A program made the translations under genes and the position numbers. DNA of 64,000 nt from Lytechinus pictus (taxonomy: Eukaryota): assembly GCF_037042905.1 (NCBI RefSeq), contig NC_087245.1, positions 13,642,001-13,706,000 of the forward strand. Reading direction: 5' to 3'. Under the pieces are notes generated by a model. The model was not told the DNA's origin. It saw only the letters and a list, made by a program, of their open reading frames with translations, and did no database searches. This document shows, in pieces, positions 13,001 to 28,000 of this stretch. Position 1 is the stretch's first letter. Each line of letters opens with the position of its first letter.

Positions 13001-16000
13001 TTATATTATTATTATTATAATGGTCTTGGCCATTCTTCACCATGACTTGTAGCATGAATATAGCTCAGCGTCTTTCCCAGTCTCCCATTGTATTTTGGTC
13101 TATGCAGAAACTGAGGAATAAAAGATAATAAGACACTTAGCAAGACTTACAAATCTGCAGCTAAAAGTACCCTAGAACTCTAATGTGCCCTTGTGGTCCG
13201 CTCACAGATTCAAACTTGACTGCAGTATAGACAGGAACAAAAGCTACATGTACAATTCACCTCATCTCTGTTTATTCAATACAGGTATTGCACTGAACTC
13301 TACAGAGGTATCAATCAATTCTGGCCAGCTGCTGTTTGAGTTCCAAAGCTCTCAGAGTTCAAGTCTAGATGTTACGCTGTATAGCCTCCAAGAAGGTGCT
13401 AGCGTCGAAGGCACCGACCTTTGGAACTTCACTGTCTTTTTGAGCAACAGTGATACCATGTTCACCAACAGGAAAGCAGTGCTGGTAGGTTGCAGTGTTC
13501 ATTTGATGAATTATAATTGATTCTGATAGGTATATTGAATAGTGCATTGCTGCATCAAATTATGAATACTGTTATTTATATTTAACCCTATCCAGGCCAG
13601 GAGGGGGGTGGCCTCGGAGGCCCCCCCCCCCCTCAAGGATTCATGCAATATTTTCGCCATGAAATTTTTTGACCGCGCCACTCACTGACTTTTTACTTTC
13701 AAGTCTTGCACAACTTTTGAGACCAGTTTTGCATCACCCGAGTACGTGGTTCCAAAATTACGCAACATTATGTAAGTGCATGTCAGACCAAAAATTGCTC
13801 AAAACATGATTTCGTATACAAAGTCAATGCAAATTGTGTTTTCAACCAAAAATTATGAATGTATAATCTCAAGGGGGGCCTGGGAGGACTCCCCCCCCCC
13901 CCCCCCCCCGGCCATATGAACTCCCAAAATACCCCGGCCTAGATAGGGTTAATTGAATCAGGTACTGTGGAGCATTTAATATAAACCCGTTTATAAAGAC
14001 CACTTGCCTATGTAGAGCACATTTCACATCTCCAATGAGTGGTCTTCATACCCAGGTGGGTGTTTCATAAAGCTGTTCGTAAGTTAAGAGCGACTTTAAG
14101 AACGACTGGTGATCCTTTCTTATGGCAAATGGTGTATTCATTAGCGATGGTTTTGCGCGTAAGAAAGGATCACCAGTCATTCTTAAAGTCGCTCTTAACT
14201 TACGAACAGCTTTATGAAACGGCCCCCTGGTTTCATTATATGATGGTTCTTTCTGTATTTGCTTTGACAGACCACAACCACTTACACATCAAGTGGCAGT
14301 CCTCTGGAAGCTGGCACACCCCTGTCTGTCACCGGTTTGACATCTCAGCTGGATCTTGAAGGGGTCGGCTGTGTTGATTTCCAGTACATTTGTGTTGAGG
14401 TTGACGTGGGAATCATGGCTGTGCCATCTTTCAATGTAGACCTTCAGAGGCCTGATGCTAACATTGGATGTGCTCCAGTGGATTGTCGAGGTGAGAGTTT
14501 TCCGCCATTTTTAATCCCTTTTTATGAGAAAAAACACTCAGCCACAGTTACGTTCTCTTTGTTACTACATCGTATTAGAGAATTAATTCACTTCTTAAAT
14601 TTGAGAAGTAGTTTTGGTCTATGAATTAATACTTTCAACAAATTGTATGTGCAGTCTTATTTAATTGCTACACGATTCCTTGAAAAAATCGTCTCTGTTA
14701 TCAACATTGCTCATCTACATACATGGAATTCAGAACAATTACTGATAAAGTACAGAGTCCCATCTTACAAAGAGTTGCGATTAATCTGATCAATGGCAAC
14801 TATGGAAGGCCAGCAACATCATCATCTAAAATACATGTTTGGTCAAAATATTTTCTAGAAATTATGTATATACATTCACTGTTTTCTTGAAAATTCGGTA
14901 TGCTCTTGTTTTTAGAGGACATTGAGCAGATTAACTATAGAAAAAATTATGACATTAATGGATTTCCAGATACTTGAGATTGTTCGAATCAATCGTATAT
15001 CTTTGTAAGACAAAATCCCATTCATGCTTTATATCCAGACAAAATGGAAGAAATTTCTTGAATTTTTTTTCAACTTTCAACCTTTATATCTTTCATTTGT
15101 AAGGTGTGGTAATAAGCAGTGCTAATTTGGACGTCTCTGATGGCAATATCCTGATTGAGCGAGTTGATGAGCACAATGTCACCTTCAGTGTGTCTCTTCA
15201 GTTCAGCGATGATAGCACCGATGTCTATGGTACAGACCTATGGCAGGCAACGATCTTTACCAACAGTGGGGAGGGTTGCAGTGATACCCCTTGTGCTTCG
15301 GCGATACCTGTCGCGCTCAATGGCAATGTGACCAGAGGTCAGATGGTGACTACGGAGAGTGCCACCGTGTCCTTGGACGTGTCTCAGTGCACCTGTCCCG
15401 AGATGCAGTATCTGTGTCTGCTCATCACCATGAACCCTGATGCCGGTGTCAACTTCACCCTTGAAATTCCAGCACAGGGCTTTAGAGATCAGCAAAAGGT
15501 CACTTGTACAGGTGAGGCGTTGAATCTTTGGAGATCAGGGATTCTGTAACAAGAAGTTTAGCAGTTTAATCGCACAACAGAATTCATGAGTGATTGCATT
15601 GACTACTATGTAAAGTCGATCGTGAAAATCAGTTATCTACAATCAGTAATTGAGCTTTGTATTTAGGGGAACCAAATCTGAATCCTTACATCTTTTATTA
15701 AGTTCTTCTGTGTAGCATTACCTTTGTTTAAGAGGGAAATTGAAGACTGAATCATTTCAACCCTCTGGGTTTCTCTCCTGTAAAAAAAAAGAATTACCTT
15801 GATAACTATTCTTCCTTAGACAAAATTATGTAAGCATGCATAATACTAAACATAAAATGCCTTTTTACATGTCGTAGATGAACAAGTATAAAATTAGCAA
15901 TGTTTCGTTCTGATCAGGGTGACAAGAGCACGTTGAGCTGTTCAAGCATGTCACCCTCGCGTGTTGCAATGAAGACATGCATGTACACTTTCCCTTGGCA

Positions 16001-19000
16001 GATGGCTGATCCATATAACATCATCCTCATCATCAATCTGACCATGTTTGCTTACAGAGCCAGTGTTAATATCTTTATATGATACAGGTGCAGTGATTGA
16101 TGACGTGAGCCTGTTAGTGACCAATGTTGAACCTGTCATTCTGATTGAAGGCGACACACTGAATGTAACTGCTAATGTTAACTTGACTGTGGCTGATGTG
16201 TCAGCTTCGATAGGTAAGCCGGATGATCATTCTGTATCATCTTTGTCTTTAGTGTCTTTTTCCTCATTGCTGTAGAGAATAATTTCAGTTTTTCTTCCAT
16301 TCATGCAAGTCTTACAAAACATTGAATATAAATAGTTTTTTGTTATTTTCTACTCAGACTTCTCCTATATCTGTATTAAGAGGAAAAAAAGGGAAATAGT
16401 GCGAATCATTTACACATTTTTGTAAGTCTGATGATGGGTGAACAGAATTCAGCCCGTTCTAACCATTTTTACCAATCCTTCCTACCTTCTGTTTGCATCG
16501 ATTGAAAACAAGTGCACCATACTCTGTTGAGTGCACGGTGTAAAAGCCTAATGGTAGATGATCATAATTTGCCTGCAGACAAATCTAGGTGGAAAGAGGG
16601 CTAAAATTGCCAACTTTAGAATTCCATAACCAATCAGGAGAGGGTTGAACATACCCCAGTTCATATGTTAGTAACAAGTCATAATCACAGAGGCAGGTTC
16701 CACAATAGCACACTACCTATGTCTCATATACAACCAAGTATATATCATTTTTCCAATGTTATGTTTATATCTCATATATATGTCTCATAATAATTGGAAG
16801 TGTTGTGATGTAATGATTTGGACTCACGTTGTGTGAACAGGGGATAGTGAATCCCACTGACAAGGTGTCAGTCTACACTTTGCTTGTCTCCACCAATGTG
16901 TTCAATGGGTACCCAGCATGATCGGAAAGTCAACTGATATGCCTTGCATTTGAGCTCTGAAGCTCTTGTTAAAATGCTCTCCAGGGAACGGAGAAAGTGC
17001 ATATCACTCATACCAACAAGTCATAATCTGATGACTGGTTTATGATGTATGTGTATCTGTAAAGTGCTTATATGGTAATTAATAATATTTATAATAATTG
17101 TACATTTATATTGCACATTTTTTATAAGTATATACTCAACTGCACATTACACTAATGTTATTGCCCCGGCTTTAAGCCATGCTGCCTGCAGATGCTCAAG
17201 CATTCAAGGAATTTCTTTCTACCGGATAGCCATTTACCTCACTCAGGTTGATTGCAGCACAATATGGGTAAATTTCTTGCTGAAGAAAAACATGTCATTA
17301 CTGGGAATCAAACCCACGTCCCTCAGGTAGAAAGAGTTACAACCTCTAGACGATGACGCATTCCAAAAATATCATCATTGCAATTATTATTATTATTATC
17401 ACCATATCTCAGATGCATCTGTAACTAACATCTGGCAGATTGAGCTCTATCCGGCATCTGATCCAATGCGTTATCGAGTACCTGCAACCTTGACGACGGA
17501 GCAAAGAGACCAGGGATTTAACGCAAGTGATGTTCTCAAATTTGATGATCTCTTTTTTGAATTCGGAACGCGCGACTTTGTGTGCCCCGAGGGAGATTTT
17601 GAGGATCTCTGTATTCAAGTCAGTGCTTCACCGAGTATTACCCCTGCTGTATCGATTGCCATTTACCAGGACGGTATCGTCTGTATCACAGTTCCATGCA
17701 GAGGTAAATCATATTCTTTTATATCCTTGACAGAGAAGTAGGGGGAAGGGGAGTAATGTCTGGGTGAAAAATAAAATCTTCAGAATTCACAAAATCTGTA
17801 CATCAAATGGCACAGGCAGTTATCAAAATGGAGTAATATTTCAAGCATTACTGGTAAATGTACTTCTAAACCATTTATGAAATACTGCTTTCAATTTTCT
17901 TTAAATTGTCATCTTGTCTAGATTAACAACTTTCCCACACAAGCACATTGCTCATAATTACTGGTAAAGATTTCAGAAATATAAAAGTAAAAGTGATTCC
18001 CCATTCTTTTCACGCCATTTGGAATAGAAACCATAGTAAAAAGCCCTTTTAATTTTTTTTTCGAAAACCAAAAAAACTAAATTTGTACTGTATGTGTAAA
18101 GATTTAACAGCATGTGATAAGTGTGTTTGTCTGTTTGTATGGAGTGTTGACCAGATTCCACCGAAACAAGCCAGTGTTCATTATGGTAGACTACCTTTGA
18201 TTTCAGCACTAATATCAGAAAAAAGGCCCTAACAAAACCATCATTATTTTGATGAAATATAATGAAATTGATCAAGTTCACAATCATTACGATATGCCAT
18301 GTAGCTTTTTGTGAGTGAAGTTATTGTCATGATAAAAATGTGGTTATTTTATTTATCATTTCAGGGGTTGCTTTTGACAATTTGATCGTGGATGAAAGAA
18401 CCGACTCCAGCTTTGTTGAGTTTGAATCTATGCACCGAATCATCTTCAACATCAGTGCAAACACCACAGAATTGAGTATCAACATCCCAAACGGCATCAA
18501 CCTCTGGCAAGTCCGCGTGTACGGAAGCTTGTACATGAATGGGACGGGAGAACGCTACAGCGAGACACACATTCCCATTGCGGATTCTAATGCCATGGTA
18601 ACGGCTGGTACCCCTGTGGAGTATACTGGTCTGGTGTGGGATATGGACCTGACAAATTTCACATGTCCAAGTTCAAACCAGTTCTTCATGTGTGTACAGT
18701 TGATGCCAGGGAATACACCTGTTCCACCTTTATCAATATCTCCTAGCCCGCTTTTAACTTGCGTTGAAATTGAGTGCACTGGTAAGTGTATACTCAAATA
18801 CAGTACCTAATAATAACAGTATATTTGAATAGTTCTTAATAGTGAGGATCTGTTTTAGAGCATAGTAGTATCATTATCATCCCAGCATTCTTGTCACATA
18901 TTTGTCCTGTGGAAATCGGTGTAGGTGAAAGCAGTTTGGCACAATTTTCAGTTAAACCAAGATTTGGTCCACTTAAGTGACAAGACAGGATATTCTTTGG

Positions 19001-22000
19001 ATTAATGAAAGTTTATCATATTTTTATATGATGATTAACAAAGCAAGAATAAAGAATTACTTTTCCTCTTTAATAATCTTAAAGATAATGAAACAAAAAT
19101 GATGAATGAAGTTCATAAGTGAATTTTAACATCTTCCAGCAATATCACTCATATTTCTTTCAGTGGTATGAACTCTTCAGTTCTACTTCCCTTTCCAAAG
19201 CATGTGGTACATTTTAATGTTATGTGGAAAAATAAACTTGATATTTTTTGTGACAGTAGTTTTTCTTCTTTCCCTTTTCTCCCCTTTTTTCTCTTCTGGA
19301 GGATTAAAATTTTCCTTTTCCTTCATTTAATCTCTTCTTCACAAAGATATCTCATTTTGTGGCTCTTCCTCATTTCTGAATTTTTCAAGTAGGTTCTTTC
19401 ATATTTCATGTTTTTTTTTGTCCATATAATTGCATCAGTTTTTTAGGTTATCTCTCTATATATACTTCACTTAAATTGTGTATGTATGAAAATAGGTATG
19501 AAAGTATGAAGTATGAATTCAACTTTGATCAAACTCAATTCAAATCTGTTTCAATACATTATCACCTGTATTGCTTTTGAAGGTGTCTATATCAGCACCC
19601 TTGATCTGACAGTAAACAGTGGCGACCCTGTCTCGGAACGTCGGTCCAACGATATAAACCTGAGTGTCACGGCAACCTCCTCTGCTGCCGGTAGCAGTAT
19701 CAATGGAGATGATCTCTGGAAGTTAACCATCTTGATTTGTGAGAATGACAACTGTGCTGCATCAGCTCGTAGAAGAAGAGCTACGGTAAGAATAAAGGCT
19801 CATCCAGACACGGTGCAGCAAAAATCATCTATATTTTTTATTGCAAAGTTTATGAGATATGAGACATCACAAACTTGTGGCGGGGTCAAGGAAAACTTTT
19901 CATTGTAGGGTGATGGAAACTGCAGACCATTCAAGTTTGCACAAATTGAAACAAATCAGTGACATAAGATCTTCTTAAAGCTGGTAATTCTTATGTGATT
20001 TGTTTTCTATAAACAGTGCTCTGAAATGTTGATGTAAAGCACTATTTAAATCTCGTATCATTATTTTATTACTTATTCATTGCCATGAAATCATCTGTCA
20101 GGACATGAGGTATTTTATTTTATTTTATTTTTTATTTTATTTGTCTTCTTTACCCAGGGTAGCCTGATCAGTGGTTTAGACACTGTTGTCAACCAGGGCC
20201 CTGCACAATACATATATACATAAAACAATCAAAAGAACACATATTATACAACACATTAAAAGTCAACATTGTTACACTGTAATACGAAGAGAGAAAAATG
20301 ATTTGAGTTCTTGAGAAAGGAACCAGTATTGGAAATTGACAGGAAAACAAGGAAAACACTGAAAGAACTATGAGTGTATACGTATCGGATACGAGGTATG
20401 ATGTCACAATGATGTAATAATGAAGTTATATTTTCATGAAATTTTGTACAAAACTTGATCAATTATGAAGACTTGAGGCTTTGTGATGTCACTTTGTCTC
20501 GTGTGTGCACATTTATGAGATCCATTGTAGGCTTCCTCTTTAGTCATTAGAGGCAGTATTACCTTCATACCATTGTCAAAATCTATATGACTTTTGTCAT
20601 GATATTGTGGAAAGTATTAAGGAGGTTTACAAAGAGTAACAAGAATCGGCTGTTGCTGATGAAAATAAAAGTTTCATCCATCGAAAAATATGGCCTAAGG
20701 CACTTCTCTAGAGAAATGAAAATTGAGGGGTTTGATCCCAACAAGACACTTATTCACGTAAAAAAATGTATGTTGCTCTATCATCGTACATTATATAAAT
20801 GATAATGGTAAAATGAATATAAGCATTATCAGTATTAATCTGTTCACCTGTGGGATATACTTGTTTTCTCAAACCTGTTGTAAATAGTGCACATACTGTG
20901 TGCTTGTTGGAGAGAGGTGATAGTACTGTATTCTTATCCAAAATATTGTTTTGGTCCACCAAACTGACAACAAAGTTCATCATGTTGTTCTCAGAATCCA
21001 AATGCTCTTGTGGAAATCCTTGCCAACCTGACAGCAGCGTCGGTCAATGAGGATTTAGCAGCCGGTGGCAGCATCACCTTCAGCGACATTGCAGTGACCT
21101 TTGACCTAGTTGATAATTGTCCAGACACTGAGATTATTTATCTATGTGTCCAACTGGACAGAGGCGATACTGCCTCTCCAGATTACACTTTGCAAGGTGA
21201 CCTTCTAACATGCCAGCCTTTGCAGTGCAGAGGTAAGTCTGACATATCACCTTAGTTTGTCTACAACTTCCAAATGAGTAACAGATCTTTCATTGATGGG
21301 CCACAAGCTCTGCTAAAACTATTTTGAAACTTACAGAGTCTAACAAAATATATTCATATACTATATGCCAGATGTAGGATTCAACTGTACTCATAAAAAT
21401 CCACATAAAATTCATGTGAAATCAACAGATTTAGATCAATGCAATGTAATCATGTATAGTAATGAAAGTGTGTAAAAAAAATTGGATATGCATACTGTAA
21501 TCAATGTTTTGTTTCAAACAACTACTACATCATTTGATTGACTTGTATTTGGTATGTCATATTTTTATTAAAAAAACTAATCTTTTGGGGGCCTTAAGTC
21601 ATAAAAGTTGAGAAAGAATCCAACTGAACCAAGTTGGGGCTCTATAACGCAAAGTTGCGACTATTCACAATCTTTCACAATTTCAAGAGACCCTTTAGTC
21701 TCGTAAAATAATTTTCAGAAATATGCTTAGTGTGATGGCTCTCATTAAAGCTGTAATTACATTATCACGAAATTAAGTGAAATTCCTTATTTTTACTCTT
21801 CTTATTACTTTTTTTACTCTGTCACATATCCAATCATAGTCTTTGATCCTGCATTCATGTAAAAAAAATTGTCAATGATCTCGAAATCCCTGTCAAGTGA
21901 TGGCAGTGTAATGGAATATTGATCTGAAACTGATTAAATCTGGTGTCAAATTATCTGTCTTGAATATAATGATAAGTTTGCAAGATCATCTTCATAATTT

Positions 22001-25000
22001 TTCTCTGCATTTTATTGCATTTCCGGAATGTTTGCAATATGGAGGTTCTAACAGTCAATTTGAGTTACACTGGAGTATTCAGACACTGAATGTTTAGTGT
22101 GTGTGATACCCCCTGTCAATCTCTACTTCTAATTTTCTATAAATAAGAATGTATAATGAATTCTTCTATACTCGAGCAAGTATATTTCTCCATTATTTGT
22201 TAATTTAGGTGTCCACATTCAGAGCAGCATCACAGCCAACGAGATCGGTAGTCTTCAGGAAGGCAACCCAAGCAACGCTGTTGAGCTTGACTTCTCCTTC
22301 ACCGCTGACACCGTCACTTCTAACGTCTCTGGCACCAATCTCTGGGACATTGAGATCTTTGGAAGCGACATGACTGGCGAAACACCGGGCACTCTGGTGG
22401 TCTTTGGGGATATCGGAAGCACAACCAATGCACCCCTATCTGCTGGTCAGACCATTGAGTTCTTCAGGGTCACCGCCACCTTAGACCTCTCACCTTACCT
22501 TACATGCCAAGACACGCAGTACGTGTGCGGCCGTCTCGCTCGCAGGGCTACTGCATCTCAAGAGTTCTCTGTAACTGGAGAGAAAACGGCTTGTTTTGAA
22601 TACCCGTGTACAGGTACATGTATTGTCAGCAAATTTTCCACACAGTGTTCGTATAATTTGATCCACATACTCATCCAAAACGTTGATAAAGATGGTTGAC
22701 TAAAGGCTAAAGTGAAATAAAATCAATATACTGATAACTTGACTAGTCTGCTTCTAAAAATTGATAAGTGAACCTCTCCCTGGAGGTGGTCATTTATTTA
22801 TTTTCTTTTGATTATTCCATGAAAAAAATAAATCCAGAAAATCTCACCAATTATTTGAAGTATTTGCACTCTTGCTCTCTCCATGATAGGTGTTCTAGTC
22901 AGTGCTACGAGTGTGGAAATCACCAACGACGCATCACCAACAGAAGGCCAGGCTATTAACATAGAGCTCAATGTCTCACTGGCAATAAACCCAGACTCTT
23001 CCAACCTGTCCAGTGTAAGCGATGCTTGGCATATCCAAGTCTTTGGTGATCCACAGATGAATGGCCTAGGGGGTGGTGGGCCAGGTTGGTTCACCACAAA
23101 CACCACGTCTGTCGGGGATGTAGGAGCTATGCCTGGTAGGTGTAACTAAAGAAAGGTCATATGATATGATATCAAAGTGGAAAAGTAGTGATGTAGTGGT
23201 TCTGACTCTCGCCTTATAATCAGTGTTTGAATCCCACCATTGCCTTGTGTCCTTTTGCAAGGCTTCAATCTACACTTTGCCACTCTCCACCCAGGTGCTA
23301 AATTTGTACCTGGTACAATGTGAAGGTCATTGTAGCTTGTCCAGTATTATGTGTGCCTCAATGACGACTGGCCGGAATGCTTCCCTTGGAGTGGCATACG
23401 TTAAGTGCTGGAATTACTGGTAGAATCTAATGACTGGGGTTATGATAAATCTGCAAGCGCTTAGATATGTACCATTTATTCTAAAAAACAATTATACACT
23501 GTAAATAACCAGATTATTATACTATTATGTTAAATAGTAAGAAAGAGTTAGAAATGAATAACACATGTCCCATCAACACACCATTAAAAAAAATCTGCGT
23601 CGCCTATTTTAGCCAAAATTTCACTATAAATATAAAGGTGTGCTAACCATGTACTTCTCTAAGAGTAGCTTTCCTGCATTTCCCATTGTTTTGTTTATGA
23701 TGATTGTGAAAATTGGCAATGAAAAGACGCTTTCAGGATTCTTGTGTGAAGAGTGGAGTTCTGACTTTACTTAAGGTATCTATTAATTTGATTGTACGCA
23801 CTGAACATGTACTTCAAATACTAACTCATTCCTCGTACAGGTCAATTTAGCTTTGACCTTGATCCTAATGAAAAACAATTAGGATGCTTTATGAATTCTG
23901 GGCCTCATCCTATCAAGAGTTCTAATCTTGTATATTTTTGTGAATCTCAATAACAGAAAGCCAGACTTCATATAGCGATTTGGCATTTGTGTGATGGTAC
24001 AAGATTTAGCATGAGGTGAAAAAAATAGGCTACGCCTTTTTTAATTGAACTTCTCTTTCTTTCACTGAATGCAAAATGTTGTATCATTGCAGAAATAAGA
24101 ACATTTGCTGTTTGTGTTGTACAACTCCTCGGAAGTAAGCGAAAATAGGAACAATATTTTTTTTCCTGTGCTAATCTTTGAAAAGGAGGAAAGACTTATT
24201 GAAAGAAACAGTTCTGAAACATTCATCATATTTGCAGCAACAAGTGGGCATTAATTTAGCCAGTAGGCCCTTCGCATATTGCGCTTGCGATTCGCCTTGC
24301 ACAATAAATTGAATCGGATCGTAACATCACCTAAACCATTCTGTGGTAAAGTTTGGATGTTACCTGTGCAACCTTACAAATGTTAAACAATCAGCCTCCC
24401 ACATGCTCGCATACAACAAGCTAAGTTGGCATTGTAAAACATTTCTTGGATGGTAATTAAAATGAATTTATATCAATTCTCACTTTGGATAAATACATGT
24501 AAGACAATGTAACATTATGTTTTGTTTTGATTGGAAAAAAAAACATACTTTTCAATATCTTTTGGAGAAGTGATGAATCTTTATCTGAAATAAAACCATT
24601 CAATGCATGCAGCTTACTATTGTCAATTAATTTATTTTCTTTCAGGCACATCCAGTGAATTAAACCCAGTATCTTTGTCCTTTGATCTTACAAATGGCTA
24701 TTGTGCAAACGTAAATTACCTCTGTGTTGCGGTGCAAAGAGGTGGAAATGCAATGCCGCCTTTTAAACTCGGTGGTGTGCCTTCAGACATTGATGGCCTT
24801 TATGCCTGCACTGCCGTCGACTGCATTGGTAAGAAAGAAATGCTTGCATTTTATACTTGCATAAAACTTACGTTGAAAGGAGACACTTACCACCAGGAAT
24901 ACGTTCCGAACTTTTATCAGCATTTGACTTGTACAGTATACATCACTGGTCGGAGGACCAACAAAACAATTTTTTAAACTGCTATACATCGGTGTGCATT

Positions 25001-28000
25001 CCAATAATGCCAATTAGTGCAAGAATAGGGAGCAAAGCCATACATGTAGAGTGTACATCTTGGCTTTCTTGGTGTGATACAAATGATCATGAGGAATAGT
25101 CAGTGATTTTCACTGACTGTTGTTATAAGCTACTGAAACCCTTGCGTCTGATTTGCTCAGAACAAAGTGGTCAATGAAAGTCAAAGACAAGATGCATTAT
25201 AAAACACTCTCCAGCTCCATCATGCTTTATTTATTTTCTTATAAAGTGCATGAGCGTAAACATAGAATATCTCTGTGAATGATAAATGTTCTTGCTTAAC
25301 ATTGATGTTTCTCTGATTATTTCTGTAGGAGTACGTATCAACAGCAGTAGTATTGAAACCATTACAGAAGGAGATCCAATCCTCCAGGGCAATGCATCCT
25401 TTAATGTTGAAATTGATGTAGACTACACCAGTGACGAATCGGGTGCTCATGTCAGTGGAACAAACATCTTTGGAGTCAAGGTCAGAAAGCCATTCAGAAC
25501 GGACATCACTTTTTTGGGAGGAGGGCAAGAAATTTTGATTAAGATCCATGATAAATAAACTACTAAATAAATTGAAAGATGAAATAAGATAAAATTGTGC
25601 ACTTACAGTATTGTTCCCTAATTTTGATGCATTAATATATTTCATTCATTAGTAAAAACAAAAATGAATGAAAATGATTAAGTACATAAATCCATAAATT
25701 TGCAATGTGATTGAAACCTCAAAACCACTATTCCAACATGCAAATTTATGAAATGGTAGACATGCTTCTTAGTTCATGTGACTTATGGATTTTTCATAAT
25801 TAACAAATTGATTGTAATAATATTCCACTTTTATATGTCTCTAGGCTCTTTGCAGATGTATTATCAACCCAGTCCTCAGATTCTATCTTGCCCACATACA
25901 GTATATCCAAAATCTCCACTCCCTGGGTCATATTCCAGAAAAATACACTCAAGCATTAAAAAAGAATTTCTCAAATGTAAGACAAAAATAGTTTATATTG
26001 TTCTGTACCCCTGTCCAGGACATAGATGTCAAACAGATTTGTATTCTGATTAATATCATAGTGAGCAAAGTGGACAAAAGTAGCCGTTATTTCGCCGTTT
26101 CGTTTACTAATGCCTCTGGAGAAGACTAAATAGGACAAAAATTTTGTAGCCGCTTTTTAAAAGGGCCACAAAATGGCTAAAAAACAGCAACAAAAAGGGA
26201 TACAAAACAGCAAGTTGCTCACTGTGTATCATATGTGATCATATCTTGAGTAAATTAGGGAAAAAACTATGCAAAATTGTTTATGCTAGGATTTACACAA
26301 TTGTTTTCCCCGTCATAGATCTTCCTTTCTAATGATGGCTCTGCTAATGGGATCATCGGTGACAAATACACGGCTGATATTCCTGAAGCCTCTCAGAGCA
26401 CTACCCTGATGGCCGGGCAACAACTCAACATCCTTCGTGCCGTGGCATCAATCAGTACAGTGGGGCTCTCCTGCCCTCCAATGTTGTACCTTTGTGCTGA
26501 ACTCTTCAAGCCAGGCAATGCATCTTACTTGCTGAATGGCTACGATTCATCCATGGGGACGGTCGATGATTCCATACTGAGTGCTTGTGAGATTGTAGAA
26601 TGCAGGGGTATGTGTAGCTTGTGGATGTTTTCATGTAGTTACTTGTTATAAAATCAATTTACTTCGAACTAGATTGATTAGTTTGTCGGTACATATGACT
26701 TTCTTTATCAGAGGATGCTACTGAATTCTTAGACTTGAAGAAGAGCTTGGGCATTGTTTACTGGGGATGGGGTGAGTTTAGGGGATAGGGATCATGTTAG
26801 GTTGAATGTTAATGTACCTCTTTCTTTTATATCAGTTTTATGCCCCTCCTCCTAACATACCAAAAGGTGTATTGTTTTTTATTATTCTTTTTAACATGAA
26901 TTTTGTCTCGCCTGCATAGCAGAGCGAGACTATAAGCGCCGCTTTTCCGACAGCAGCGGCGGGGTCGTCAACATTGAAATCTTAACCAATGTTAAGTTTT
27001 GAAATGTCATCTTAACTTAGAAAGTATATGGACCTCGCTCATGAAACTTGAATGTAAGGGTAATTAAGTATTACTGAACATACTGCCTGAGATCCAGGTC
27101 TTATGATTAAGGTCAAAGGTCATTTAGGGTCAATGAACTTTGGCTATGTTGGGGTATTTGTGGAATTGTCATCATAACTTTGAAATTTTATGGACCTAGC
27201 TCATGAAACTTGAACATGAGATCCAGGTCACATGATTAACGTCAAAGGTCATTTAGGGTCAACAAATTTTGGTTATGTTGGGGGGTATTTGTAGAATTGT
27301 CATAACTTTAAAAGTTTATACATGTAGATCTAATTCATGAAGCATAGACATAAGGGTAATCAAGTATGAATCTTTGTTTTGCACATGTGTTAGGTCACAT
27401 GATCATGGTCAAAAGTCATTTTGGATCATTTTACGGAGTATTTTATTATCTTGTGAGTAATGTCTTTTGTTAATAATTATTCAATAGCACTGCTGCGTTA
27501 TCGAATTGTGTAATGCAGGCGAGACTGCCGGCGTTCCACTTGTTAATCTGTTCTTTCACATTGGTTGGGGGTGGATACATGTTTATGCATTCAACAATCC
27601 ATTTACGTTCTATGCATGATAAACATTTGCATTCCTATTAGATGTAAGATTCGATGACATGACATTGTCAACAATCGATCCTCCTTGTGTCGTTGAGAGA
27701 ACTGCCGGTCAGATACTGTCTGTCAACGTGACTGTTGAATCCAACTCATCCTGGAGTAGTGCCATTGGGACCAACCTTTGGATCATAGATGCTATCATCA
27801 ATTCGAGTCAGGAGGTGCGAATGGAATCTGCCATACTTTCTATGGACAATGCCAACAGGGACGTGCTGGCTGGTTCATCAACGACCTTCCCAAATGTGGA
27901 ACTCTCGCTTGACCTGTCCACTTTCTACTGCAGAGATACGATGGTAGAGCTCTGCGTGTCTTTCGCTACAGATGCGAGCTCTGGCTTTTCTCTCAGTTCA

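Noticed and set aside
20110..20540. Possible minus-strand LINE 3' remnant next to a (TTTTA)n tract
   Set aside because: No convincing protein motif could be read; left unannotated
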